This document shows, piece after piece, positions 18,782 through 29,764 of a stretch of 64,000 nucleotides of DNA. Every line of letters starts with the position of its first letter. Within the stretch, counting starts at the first letter, position 1. The stretch comes from an uncultured Fibrobacteria bacterium (GTDB taxonomy: Bacteria; Fibrobacterota; Fibrobacteria; UBA11236). The notes beneath the pieces are model-generated. The model was given only the letters and a program-made list of their open reading frames with translations. It did not search any database and was not told where the DNA came from. Both the position numbers and the translations under genes were made by a program. The stretch is from assembly GCA_963716395.1 (NCBI GenBank), contig OY970309.1, positions 256,001 to 320,000 on the forward strand. Direction: 5' to 3'.

Positions 18782-20243
18782 TCATTGAATCCAGGAATTC
18801 CTTGTTGTTCGCGGTGCCGCGCAATTTTTCCGCCAGGAATTCCATGATTTCCACGGGCGATAGATCCTGCAAATAGCGGCGCAGAATCCACACGCGCCGC
18901 AAATCGTCGGGATGCAGCAGCAATTCCTCTTTGCGCGTGCCCGACTTGAACACATCGATGGCGGGCCAGATGCGTTTCTCGGCGATGCGGCGGTCGAGAA
19001 TGAGTTCCATGTTGCCCGTGCCTTTGAATTCTTCGAAGATGACCTCGTCCATGCGGCTGCCGGTTTCGACCAGGGCCGAAGCGATGATGGTGAGCGAGCC
19101 GCCGTCTTCGATGTTGCGGGCCGAGCCGAAAAAGCGCTTGGGCTTCTGCAGCGCCATGGCGTCGACGCCGCCCGACAGGATTTTGCCCGAATGCGGAATC
19201 ACCACGTTGTGGGCCCGCGCCAGGCGCGTGATCGAGTCGAGCAGAATGGCCACGTGCTGGCCGTGCTCCACCAGCCGCCGCGCCTTCTCGATCACCATGT
19301 TGGCCACCTGGATGTGGCGCTCGGGCGGTTCGTCGAAGGTCGAGCTGAACACCTCGGCCGGCACGTTGCGGCGCATGTCGGTCACTTCTTCGGGCCGCTC
19401 GTCGATGAGCAACACCATCAGCCGCACCTCGGGATGGTTCTTGACGATGGCATTGGCGATGTTCTGCAGCAGAATGGTTTTGCCCGCGCGCGGGGGCGAC
19501 ACGATCAGGCCGCGCTGGCCCTTGCCCACGGGCGTGAACAGGTTCATGATGCGCGTGCTGATTTCCTTGTCATCATACTCCATGTTCAGCGCCCGGTCGG
19601 GATGCAGCGGCGTCAGGTTGTCGAACGAGACCCGGTCTTTGCACTTCTCGGGCGCGTCGCCGTTCACCCTCTGGATGCGCAAGAGGGCGAAGTATTTCTC
19701 GTTTTCCTTGGGTGCGCGCACCATGCCGGTGAGCGTGTCGCCGGTGTTGAGGCCGAAGCGCTTGATCTGGGTCGACGACACGTACACGTCGTCGGGACCC
19801 GCGACGTAGGAGTGGTCGGGAGAACGCAGAAAGCCGTAACCCTCGTCGAGCACTTCCAGCACGCCTTCGGCGTAGATGTTGGCGTTTTCGCCCGACTCTT
19901 TCTCGAGAATGGCGAAGATCAGTGCCTGCTTGCGCAGCACGCGCGGATCGGCCAGGCCGACCTGAAGACCCAGGTTGATGAGGTCTTTCATGTTCAGCTT
20001 CTTCAATTCGTTCCAGCGGTTCTTCGCCTCTTGCAGGGTTTTGCCGGCGGACTCCTGGGTTTCGGGAAGATCGTCGTCTTCTTCGGGAGCCGGCGATGGG
20101 GGTATCACGGCTGTGACGGGGCGATACGCCGGAGCCGTTTCGGCGGCGGGCGGCGCCGAGTGGGTTTCGACCGAACCCTGGGTTTCTTCGTCCTTGGGTT
20201 TGTCGGTCACTTTTCTCAGGGTTGCTCGAGGGCGTCCAACCAA
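18774..20243 (-). CDS. rho: Transcription termination factor Rho
   Basis: [61 protein letters not shown]; TTG start with AAGGAG RBS; Pro/acidic N-terminal extension. Confidence 0.98.
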   Translation of the reverse strand: MVGRPRATLRKVTDKPKDEETQGSVETHSAPPAAETAPAYRPVTAVIPPSPAPEEDDDLPETQESAGKTLQEAKNRWNELKKLNMKDLINLGLQVGLADPRVLRKQALIFAILEKESGENANIYAEGVLEVLDEGYGFLRSPDHSYVAGPDDVYVSSTQIKRFGLNTGDTLTGMVRAPKENEKYFALLRIQRVNGDAPEKCKDRVSFDNLTPLHPDRALNMEYDDKEISTRIMNLFTPVGKGQRGLIVSPPRAGKTILLQNIANAIVKNHPEVRLMVLLIDERPEEVTDMRRNVPAEVFSSTFDEPPERHIQVANMVIEKARRLVEHGQHVAILLDSITRLARAHNVVIPHSGKILSGGVDAMALQKPKRFFGSARNIEDGGSLTIIASALVETGSRMDEVIFEEFKGTGNMELILDRRIAEKRIWPAIDVFKSGTRKEELLLHPDDLRRVWILRRYLQDLSPVEIMEFLAEKLRGTANNKEFLDSMNG

Positions 20244-20421
20244 AGCGGATCTCCTTTAGCGAGGGAAAGGAAGGCGGAAAAAATTTTGGTTATGAAGTTT
20301 TTGGTTTGGTGCGGCTCGGTTCTAGGAGCGACACTCATCGACAATAACCGGAACCGCGACAGAGATATAATAAAACCGCCCGGCCGGGGCGGCAAGGGGC
20401 TTTTCTACTTTGACCGCTTGC

Positions 20422-21594
20422 ATGAACGCCCGCGCGAAAACGGTGTGGCTGGCCTTGGGCAGCAATGTGGGCGACCGCGCCGGGTATTTGCGCAAAGCCT
20501 TGGAAGCGTTGCGTGAGATTGCGGAAAGCCCGTTAACCGCCTCGAAAATCTACGAAACCCCGGCGGTCGGGCCGGGTGATCAGGAAAAATACCTCAACCT
20601 GTGCGTGCGCTTCGTCACGGTGCTGGGACCGCGCCAATTGCTGGAGTTCGGTCGCGATACCGAGAACCGGCTGGGCCGGGTGGCCCGCGGCCATTGGGCT
20701 CCCCGCGAAATCGACCTCGATATCCTCTGTTACGATCGCGACGTCGTGCAGCAAGAGGACTTGGTGTTGCCGCATCCCGGCATCGCCCAGCGGCAATTCG
20801 TGCTGGTACCTTTGGCTGAAATCGATCCGGGGTTGGTGCTGCCGGGTTTTCACGATTCGGTGGCCCGGCTGCTGCAGAAATTGCGCGCCGCCGAAGGCGC
20901 CCAGGATATCCGCGAATACCGCATGACGCCGCCGAGCGCCGCCACCTTGCCCGATCGCTTGCGCTATGTGGCCGTCGAAGGGGTGCTGGGAGCGGGCAAA
21001 ACTTCCTTGGTCAAAATGCTGTGCGAACGTACGGCCGCCTTGCCGCTGTTCGAAGAATTCGAGAGCAACCCCTTTCTAGCCGATTTCTACCGCGACCGCC
21101 ACCGTTTCGCCTTTCAAACCCAGGTCTTTTTTCTCCTGTCGCGCTTTCGCCAAATCCAGGAGCATTTCCAGCAACTCGACCTGTTCCGGCCGCAAGTGGT
21201 CAGCGATTACATGTTCGCCAAGGACAAAATCTTCGCCACGCTCAACCTCGATGAAAACGAGATCGCCCTGTACCAGCGGCTATCCGGCGTGTTGGAAGCC
21301 CAATTGCCGCGACCCGACTACGTGATTTACCTGCAAGCTGACACCAAAACGCTGCTGCAACGCATTCGCCAGCGCGATCGCGATTACGAGCGCGACATGC
21401 CCGAGGCCTACGTCGAAGCCCTGAACCGGGCCTACAACACCTATTTCCACTACTACGGCGATTCGCCGCTGCTCATCGTAAACACCAACCATATCGACTT
21501 TGTGCGCGCACCCGACGATTTGAACCTGCTGGTCGATCAAATTCTCAAAGCGCCCGACGGCGTCACTTATTTCTCTCCGGCCGCGCAACATTAA
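20422..21594 (+). CDS. folK: Fused HPPK (FolK) - deoxynucleoside kinase
   Basis: N-half: LALGSNVG, YETPAVG, PREIDLDIL, LPHP, RQFVLVPL. C-half: VEGVLGAGKT, NPFLADFY, AFQTQVFFLLSR, PDYVIYLQA. One continuous ORF. Confidence 0.9.
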   Translation: MNARAKTVWLALGSNVGDRAGYLRKALEALREIAESPLTASKIYETPAVGPGDQEKYLNLCVRFVTVLGPRQLLEFGRDTENRLGRVARGHWAPREIDLDILCYDRDVVQQEDLVLPHPGIAQRQFVLVPLAEIDPGLVLPGFHDSVARLLQKLRAAEGAQDIREYRMTPPSAATLPDRLRYVAVEGVLGAGKTSLVKMLCERTAALPLFEEFESNPFLADFYRDRHRFAFQTQVFFLLSRFRQIQEHFQQLDLFRPQVVSDYMFAKDKIFATLNLDENEIALYQRLSGVLEAQLPRPDYVIYLQADTKTLLQRIRQRDRDYERDMPEAYVEALNRAYNTYFHYYGDSPLLIVNTNHIDFVRAPDDLNLLVDQILKAPDGVTYFSPAAQH

Positions 21595-21720
21595 AGCAAA
21601 GTCCCCGCCGATTTCCGTGATTTTGGGGCAACTTCGCCGGGGCTGTCCTTTCCACCCGGGACCGGCTATATTCCTCATTTCTCGTTACAACAAATAAATT
21701 ACCCCAGCCAAGGATTGCTT

Positions 21721-22611
21721 ATGTACGTCATCATCGGAGCCACAGGACATACCGGCGGCCGCATCGCGGAGCTTCTGCTCAAAGCCGGCAAAAAGGTGCG
21801 GGTCATCGGACGCGACACCACCCGTCTCAAACCCCTGGTCGATCGCGGCGCCGAAGCCGCCGTCGGCAATGCGGAAGACGCGGCTTTTCTGGCCAAAAGC
21901 TTTGCAGGCGCCACCGCGGCCTACATTTTGATTCCGCCTTTCCTGCAGGCGCCCGATTTGGCCGCTTATCAAAGTCGGGTGGGCGAAGCTCAAACCAAGG
22001 CCCTGCGCGAAGCGCGCGTGCCCTATGTCGTACATCTTTCCAGCATGGGCGCGCATACGCCGGTGGGCACCGGACCCGTGGCCGGCCTCTTCCACCAGGA
22101 GCGCCGCCTGAACCGGCTTCCCGACCAGCACGTATTGCATTTGCGTCCCACCTATTTCCTGGAAAACCTGCTGGGCAACATTCCCATGATCAAGGGCATG
22201 GGCATCAACGGCGGCGCGATCAAAGCCGATGGGGTGATGAATTACATCGCCACCCGCGACATCGGCGATTACGCGGCCCGGCGGCTGCTGGCGCTTGACT
22301 TCACCGGCAAAGACGTGCAGGAACTACTGGGTGCCCGGGACATGACGCCGCAGGAATTGACGTCCATCCTGGGCGCAGCCATCGGCAAGCCCGACCTGAA
22401 ATGGGTGCAATTCCCTTATGATGACGCCTACAAGGCCATGGTCGGTGCAGGCATCGGAGCCAGCATGGCGCAAAGCTTTGTGGAATTGAGCCGCTTTCTC
22501 AATGACGGCGGTTACAAAGTCGTGGTACGCGACAAGGAGAACACCACGCCCACCACCCCCGACCAATTCGCCCGCGAGGTGTTTGCGCCCGCCTATCAAG
22601 CCGCCGGGTAG
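21721..22611 (+). CDS. NmrA-family NAD(P)-binding (atypical SDR) protein
   Basis: IIGATGHTG Rossmann motif, VVHLSS, LRPTYFLEN, IATRDIG. Confidence 0.88.
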   Translation: MYVIIGATGHTGGRIAELLLKAGKKVRVIGRDTTRLKPLVDRGAEAAVGNAEDAAFLAKSFAGATAAYILIPPFLQAPDLAAYQSRVGEAQTKALREARVPYVVHLSSMGAHTPVGTGPVAGLFHQERRLNRLPDQHVLHLRPTYFLENLLGNIPMIKGMGINGGAIKADGVMNYIATRDIGDYAARRLLALDFTGKDVQELLGARDMTPQELTSILGAAIGKPDLKWVQFPYDDAYKAMVGAGIGASMAQSFVELSRFLNDGGYKVVVRDKENTTPTTPDQFAREVFAPAYQAAG

Positions 22612-22626
22612 CTTAAATTTCCGACG

Positions 22627-23466
22627 ATGCGAATCGTCACCTCCACGGAGGAATTGCGGCGCTGGCGCGCCGGAATTCCGACCGGACAATCCGTGGGTTT
22701 CGTTCCCACCATGGGGGCCCTGCACGCCGGGCATGTGAAACTGATTGAGACCTGCCGCCGCGACAACGCCGTGGCCGTGGTGTCTATTTTTGTCAACCCT
22801 TTGCAATTCGGCGCAGGGGAAGACCTGGGGCGCTATCCGCGCCCGTTCGAGCGCGACCGGGAATTGTGCGCGCGGGCCGGGGTAGACGTACTCTTCGCCC
22901 CCGAAGCCGCCGCATTTTATGCCCCGGATCACGCCACCTTTTGCGAAGTCGAAGGCTTGGACCGGCATTTGTGCGGGGCTTCACGCCCCGGACATTTCCG
23001 CGGCGTGTGCACTGTGGTGCTCAAGCTGTTACACCTGGTGCAACCGAACATGGCCTATTTCGGCCGCAAAGACATACAGCAGGCGTTAATCCTGAAAAAA
23101 ATGACGGCCGATCTCTCGGTGGCCGTCGTCATGGTTCTGGTCGAAACCGTGCGTGAGGCGTCGGGGTTGGCCCTTTCGTCGCGCAATGCCTATCTCGGCG
23201 AAGACGAGAGAAAGCGGGCCGCCTCGATTTATCAAGGACTTATAAGCGCGCGCGACGCCTTTCACAACGGCGAATGCGATGCCGCCCGGCTCATCGCCAG
23301 GGTGCGCCAAACCATCGAGGCCTCGCAACCCACGCGTATCGACTATATCGAATTAGTCTCGCCGTCCAATTTGGAACCGCTCGCACAGGCCGAAAATTCG
23401 GACATTTTGGCCGCAGCGGTTTATTACGGCACAACCCGCCTGATCGACAATCTGGTTCTTTCTTAA
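22627..23466 (+). CDS. panC: Pantoate--beta-alanine ligase
   Basis: FVPTMGALHAGH, SIFVNPLQF, RPGHFRGV, YFGRKDIQQ, GLALSSRN, TRLIDN. Confidence 0.97.
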   Translation: MRIVTSTEELRRWRAGIPTGQSVGFVPTMGALHAGHVKLIETCRRDNAVAVVSIFVNPLQFGAGEDLGRYPRPFERDRELCARAGVDVLFAPEAAAFYAPDHATFCEVEGLDRHLCGASRPGHFRGVCTVVLKLLHLVQPNMAYFGRKDIQQALILKKMTADLSVAVVMVLVETVREASGLALSSRNAYLGEDERKRAASIYQGLISARDAFHNGECDAARLIARVRQTIEASQPTRIDYIELVSPSNLEPLAQAENSDILAAAVYYGTTRLIDNLVLS

Positions 23467-23807
23467 AAACAACGCGAAAATACCCTTTACACTTTTTCGA
23501 CTTCGAAACATTGAGATCTTTTTGACCACGTGGTTATGGAAACACCCGTTTCCAACCCATCAAATCGTCATCAAATGGCCAACGGTGATTTCGCTGATCC
23601 GAATTTTTCATCTGACTGTATATTTCTACCTAGAAATGAACCCATTTAGCCTAATCGGTAACGGCATGAGCGAGACATGAGCGGATATTTTCGACCACAG
23701 GATTTTTCCTGATTTTCGGGGATAAAATAAAGTTATCGACATACATCACCCCTTCGCGAGAAATTTGGCAGGTTGCCTGTCCCGGGCGCAAACATAAAGG
23801 ATAAACA

Positions 23808-26800
23808 ATGACAATCAAAAAATTCTTGGGCCTCGCGTTGCCCTTTGCTTTGTTGCTGGGAGCCGTAGACTCGGGATGGGCGCAAACGCCGCCGGCGACC
23901 TTGGTGCTTCCGGCCAAAGTTCGCGATATGCATGAATATGTTCAATATCCCAGTGCCACTGTTTACACGAATTACAGCAACGCGAATCCCGATTTCGAAA
24001 ACCCGGCTCTTGGTGTCTGCAACGATGTGGGTTATGTCGGGACGACCATCGATACCACCGGAAAATCCGATCCCACCTTTGCTCTCGATAATCGAAACCC
24101 CGTCAAGACTGCCAAGCTGAGCAGCTCTTCCGGTCAGCCTTGCTATACCAGTGTGGCCAATTTTCGCTCCTGGTTCAACGACAGCACATCGACGGATTAT
24201 AACCGCCCTTTCATCGACAGCTTGACCTTTACCTATAATGCGGGTGTATATCAATTCAACAGCCAAACAAATAATTTTTGGCCATTGGATCCCAGCGCTT
24301 TCAACGCCAATAACGGCCTGGGTTATCAGACCTACCCCATTCCCGGCGATAATGCAAACACTTACGGCATCTATCAGAATCCTCCTAAAACTATAATTGC
24401 AATTGCAGCACCACGCACAATTACGGCTTCACCACCGAATTCCACCGCTTTTTCACCTATGTGGCGGGCAGCGGCCAAAACTTCAGCTTCAGCGGCGACG
24501 ACGATGTCTGGGTTTTTATCAACGGCCAACTGGTAATCGATCTAGGCGGTATTCATCCCACGGAAACCAAGTCGATTAATCTGGACAACCTGGCGGCGAC
24601 CATCGGCTTGGCCAACAATAAGAGCTATATCCTCGATTTCTTCCTGGCCGAACGGTATATGGTTTCGTCGGATGCCCAAATCACCACCAGCATTCAACTG
24701 CTGCCGCATCCCAAGGCAGCCACGCCTACGGCCACGCCGCCGGGTGAAGTGTTCACCACGCCAACCCTGAACGTCGGCCTCAGCGACGTGACGCCCGGAG
24801 CGAAGATTTATTACACCCTCAACGGCACCACGCCCGACAGCACCAGTACCTTGTACACGGGTACACCCATCAGCCTTTCGACCACCACCACCATCGAAGC
24901 CATCGCCTATGCCACCGGCTATCAGACCAGCGACGTGATGACCGAGGTGTATACCAAGCAATTCACCGGCTTGTCGACGCTGCAAATTCTGGATCAAAAC
25001 GGCAACCCCATCACGGTCGGGTATTTGTCGCAGAACAATCCGCAGTACAAGATCAAACTGACGACCCAAGCCGGATTGACCACGGCCACGGCCGTCGCCA
25101 AAACCGCGACCGTGCCCACCGACAGCGAGAACGCGGTGATGGTAAATCCCGCCAATGCCGGCGGCAGTCTCATTTTCACGGATTCGCTGGGGTTGCTGCT
25201 GAACTCGCCCACGCGCGCCACCGTGAACGGTCGCACCGATGCGGCCTGGTGGGACAGCCTGGTGGTCACCTGGCATGATCCGCAGAACTCCAATGACAAT
25301 CCCACAGCCGGCATCCTGATCCGTCCTGCGCCGCAACAGGCCACGGCCCATTTCAGCACCACCAGCGGCGGCGCGGCCATCACCCAATTCACCGGCACCG
25401 AAACCACGATTTACTTCGTGGAAACCGATGAAGTGCTGCCCCCGGGCGTCACGCCCCAAGCCAGAATCGTCACCACTCCGCCAGGGCCGTCACACACCGC
25501 CGACACCTTGGTCGTCAACCTCACCTGCGCAAACGGCACCTGCACCGGCGCCATTCCGACCGATATCGGCCAACCCTCCAACACGACCGATACCACGTTG
25601 CAGGTTTGGGTGGGCGATCAAATCACCGGCACCTATGTCGATCCCAAAGACGGCGACCAGGCTGTGGCCCAGGCCGGTTTCGGCATTGCCGCCGAAGTGC
25701 CCGGCATTCTGGTGTTCACCGACAGCACCGGCGCGGCCTGGACAGGCGGCAATTACAGCCCGGCCAACGGCAAGCTGTATTTGACCTATACCGACGATCG
25801 CGCCGGGGCGATAGCCGGTGACTCCAAGGTCGTGACGCTCACCATCGTCAACAACGGCGGCAAATCGCTTCCCGATACCGAAACCGTGAACGTCACGCTG
25901 TCGGTGGCCGCCAGCACCGCCACCACCGGCGTATGGACGGGTTCGATTCCCCTCAAAGACGTGCCGCCCATCACGCCGCGTGACAACACGGCCGAAACTT
26001 ACGTGATCGGCGTGGTGACGGCCAAGGTCGCCACCCATGCCAGCACCGGCGCGGCCGACGGCAATGTGGCCACCGCCACGATCTCGGTGGCTTATCCCGA
26101 CGTCCCCGGAGGGATCACGGTCACCGACACCGCCGGCGACTCGACCATCACACGTTCGACCACGGGCATCGTGGTCACCGTGACCACCCAAAGCCTGTCT
26201 TCCGGCGCCGACACCATTTACGTCAACCTCGGTTGCACCAGCAGCGGCGACGTCTTGAACAACGTCATGCTCGTCGAGGTTTCGCCGGGCGTGTACCGCA
26301 GCCAGGTGATTCCCAAAGGCGAAGGCCCCGCCAACCCTGCGAACGATACACTGACCTGCAATTCCAGCGACGTCATTCACGTCACCTATGAGAACCCCGT
26401 GTATCCCAACGACGTCAAAACCAAAGACGTCCTGATTCAAGACCCCACACCCACCGTGCTGAGCTACGCCAATATCGCGGGTACGACCGTCACTCAAATC
26501 AGCGACGTGACCGATTCGAGCTTTGTCGTGGTGGTGACGGGATCGAATCCCAACATCAACGTCATCGACACGGTCGACGTCACCTTGGTGGTGCGCGAAA
26601 GCGGAACCGTGGTCGATCAGGAAACGGTGCGGGCCGTGGAAACCGGGCCCAATACCAGCACGTTCAAAGTCACGGTTCCCTTCCGCTTCATGACCTCGGG
26701 CAATCCCACCAACAATGACGGCGTGGTCGAAGGCCGGGTCAACACCGTCGGCATCACCAGCATGCTTGTTTCGGGAACCGTGACCACCTGGAACGGCCGT

Positions 26801-28093
26801 ACCGCCAATGCCGACCTGACCGTGATTTCCGGGCATGTGGCCTCGGCGAATGCCTATATCAAAGACGTCAACGGAGACGGCGCTGCTGATGAAGTGGTGA
26901 TCGTTTTCACCTCCACCCTGACCGAAACCCCCGCCAGCGTCTCCACGGTCTGGAACTCTTCCAGTTCCACGCCCAAGGTGGCCACAGGCAGCAGCATCCG
27001 TATTTCGCAAGACACCATGTATATCGATTACAGCCAGAACCAATGGTCCGATAGCCTGACCAGCATCGGCACCGGAATTCCGACCGTGACCTTGCCCAAC
27101 GACAAGGTGTACGGCGGGCAAAGCGTGCCGTTGGCCGATTCGCTGGGACCGGTGATTCTCAGCGCCGTCAAGAGCGTGCCCAGCATCACCGGCACCCAGG
27201 TCAGCATCGTCGACACCTTGGTGCTCACCTTGTCCGAACCCATCACGACGGGCTCGACTTTGGGCAGCGCCATCAAGGTTTCGACATGTGCGACCTGTTA
27301 CAACACGGCGCAAACATTGACCACCTACGGAACACCGACGCTCTCGTCGGATGGGAAAACCCTGACGGTGCTGATTGATAACACTCAGGTGGCCGTGAAC
27401 ACCGGCAGTTATATCTTCCTCAACGGCGATCCGGGTCAGGTGACCGATCTGTCGGGCAATTCCCCGGCGCCCACGGGCAAGGTTTTGACCGGTGCGAATC
27501 GCCAGGTGGTGATCAAGGATTTGCAGGGATATCCGCCGGTGGCCGGCCTGGATCCCACGACGAATCCCCAGCAATTCGATGTGGGCAATGCCGGAACCTA
27601 TAATCCGGGCGGCGCAGGAACGCCCGGCATCGTCAATTGGATTCCCCCGGCCGACTGGCCGGCCGACAACAATGTCAGCACCTACAACGGTAGTTCCCGC
27701 GAAAACATCAATCCCGCGAATCCTCCCAGCGGCCTGACCACCGATCAATTCGGCGTGGTGCCCATGCCCGCGAACATCAGCACGGTGCAAATCATCGCGG
27801 TGGGCAAATACATCGCCCATGTGAGTATTTACAGTTCGCTGGGCGAGTTCATGGAATCTTTCACCCAGGACTTCGGCTACCAAGGGGAATTGAAAAATTC
27901 TGCCCGCACCGCACCGGGCGGATGGTACAGCTATTTGGTCTGGGATGAAAAAGACGCGCATGGCCAGTTGGCCGGCCAAGGGGTGTACATCTGGAAGGTC
28001 GTATTCTACTTCCCCGACACCAAGGGGCAAGAGGTGTATTACACGCGCACCGGGCTGGTACGCGGCAAAGGTTTGACCGCGAACAGCCCCTGA
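23808..28093 (+). CDS. Fibro-slime domain surface protein (~1430 aa) with Fn3-associated/chitobiase-like and Ig-like domains and C-terminal sorting domain; apparent single-base deletion at ~24387-24390
   Basis: Signal peptide; NPDFE, FRSWF, FWPLD in ORF 23808, then HNYGFTTEFH...FSGDDDVWVFINGQLVIDLGGIH in the next frame; ATPTATPPG..IYYTLNGTTP; C-terminal IYSSLG..VWDEKDAHGQLAGQGVYIWKV. Confidence 0.88.
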
Positions 28094-28113
28094 CCCGGGC
28101 CGGCTCTCAACGC

Positions 28114-28142
28114 AAAAGCCCCGGAATCCCGGGGCTTTTTTT
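28114..28142. terminator. Bidirectional intrinsic terminator
   Basis: AAAAGCCCCGG-AAT-CCCGGGGCTTTTTTT between convergent fibro-slime and gnd genes. Confidence 0.9.
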
Positions 28143-28153
28143 ATAACCGGATT

Positions 28154-29596
28154 TTAATTCTTGCCGGAGGTGGCGGCTTCCAGCCATTCGGTGTGGTAAA
28201 TTCCGGGCTTATCGTTGCGTTCGTAGGTATGGGCGCCGAAATAATCGCGCTGGGCCTGCAAGAGGTTGGCGGGAAGCTCGGGGCTGCGGTAACCGTCGTA
28301 ATACGCCAGGGCGGAGGCGAAGGACGGCGCGGGAATGCCCGACAAAAAGGCTTCGGAAACGGCCCAGCGCCAGTTCGTTTCTCCGTTTTGCACCACCTCG
28401 CGGAAATACGGCGCGAGAATCAGGTTTTTCAATCCCGGTTCGGCGTCAAAGGCCTTTTTGATCTCTTCGAGAAATTGGGCGCGAATGATGCAGCCGCCGC
28501 GCCACAAATAAGCGATGGATCCGAAATTGAGATCCCAATGGTGTTCCTGCGCCGCGGCGCGCAAGAGTTGGAATCCCTGCGCATAGGACATGATTTTGGA
28601 GGCGAACAGGGCATCGTGCAGGGCTTGTAAAAATTTGTTTTTGTCGCGCGGCGGCCGCACCGTGGGCGCCGACAGCACGGCGCCGGCGGCCACGCGCTCG
28701 ACTTTCAAGGCCGAGAGGCTGCGCGCCACCACCGCCTCCATCATGGTGGGAATGGGCACGCCCAGGTCGAGGGCGTTCTGCGACGTCCATTTGCCGGTGC
28801 CCTTTTGCCCGGCCTTGTCGAGGATGACGTCCACCTTCCATTTTCCCGTCTCGGTATCCCGCTTGCGCAAAATGTCGCGCGTGATTTCGATGAGATACGA
28901 GTTGAGCGGTCCCTCGTTCCAGCGGGCGAAAACATCGGCCATTTCCGGCGGCGACATGCCCAGCAACCGCTTCATCATGGCATAGGCTTCGCAGATGAGC
29001 TGCATGTCGCCGTACTCGATGCCGTTATGCACCATTTTCACATAATGTCCGGCGCCGTCGGAGCCCACCCAGTCGCAGCAGGGGATGTCATGGTTCGAAC
29101 CCACCTTGGCGGCGATGGCCTGGAAAATTGGTTTCACCTCGGGCCACGCCGAGGCCGATCCGCCGGGCATGATGGAGGGCCCTTTGAGCGCCCCTTCTTC
29201 GCCGCCGGAAACTCCCACGCCCAGAAAGCGGAACCCTTTGTCTTCCAATTCGCGCGTGCGGCGGATGGTGTCGGGAAAGAAGCTGTTGCCCCCGTCGATG
29301 ATGATGTCGCCGGGTTCGAGATGCGGCAGCAATTGGGCGATCAGGTCATCGACCGCCGGCCCCGCCTTGACCATGCACATGATTTTGCGCGGCGTGCGCA
29401 GGGCGGCGACGAGGTCGGTGATGGAATGCGTGCCCACCAGGTTTTTGCCTTGGCCGCGGCCTTGCAGCAGAGCATCCACCTTGGAGGTGGTGCGATTGTA
29501 AACCGCCACCGTGTAGCCGCGGCTTTCCATGTTCAGGACGAGGTTTTCGCCCATCACCGCCAAACCGATTAATCCGATGTCCGCTGATTCCGCCAT
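28154..29596 (-). CDS. gnd: NADP-dependent 6-phosphogluconate dehydrogenase
   Basis: IGLAVMGENL, IIDGGNS, GVSGGEEGA, VKMVHNGIEYGDMQ, WRGGCII, QAQRDYFGAH. Confidence 0.98.
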   Translation of the reverse strand: MAESADIGLIGLAVMGENLVLNMESRGYTVAVYNRTTSKVDALLQGRGQGKNLVGTHSITDLVAALRTPRKIMCMVKAGPAVDDLIAQLLPHLEPGDIIIDGGNSFFPDTIRRTRELEDKGFRFLGVGVSGGEEGALKGPSIMPGGSASAWPEVKPIFQAIAAKVGSNHDIPCCDWVGSDGAGHYVKMVHNGIEYGDMQLICEAYAMMKRLLGMSPPEMADVFARWNEGPLNSYLIEITRDILRKRDTETGKWKVDVILDKAGQKGTGKWTSQNALDLGVPIPTMMEAVVARSLSALKVERVAAGAVLSAPTVRPPRDKNKFLQALHDALFASKIMSYAQGFQLLRAAAQEHHWDLNFGSIAYLWRGGCIIRAQFLEEIKKAFDAEPGLKNLILAPYFREVVQNGETNWRWAVSEAFLSGIPAPSFASALAYYDGYRSPELPANLLQAQRDYFGAHTYERNDKPGIYHTEWLEAATSGKN

Positions 29597-29764
29597 GCTG
29601 ATTCCTTGCGTCCTAAGGTTGTAAAGCAAAACTAACTAATCAGCCGACCCCGGTCCCGCCCCGTGCCGGAGGCACCTCCGTGACAAAGCGTTACGACGCG
29701 AACGGACCGATACGGGATCGCGCGCGAACGACTTTGTAAACTGTTTGCAACGCGAAAGGATTGG

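Noticed and set aside
25490-28030. 846-aa minus-strand ORF (also 31602-34073 +, 51199-52932 -, 29636-31360 -, 18912-20516 +, 39289-40962 +, 60521-62092 -)
   Set aside because: Antisense shadows of well-supported genes; expected in high-GC DNA and carry no motifs.
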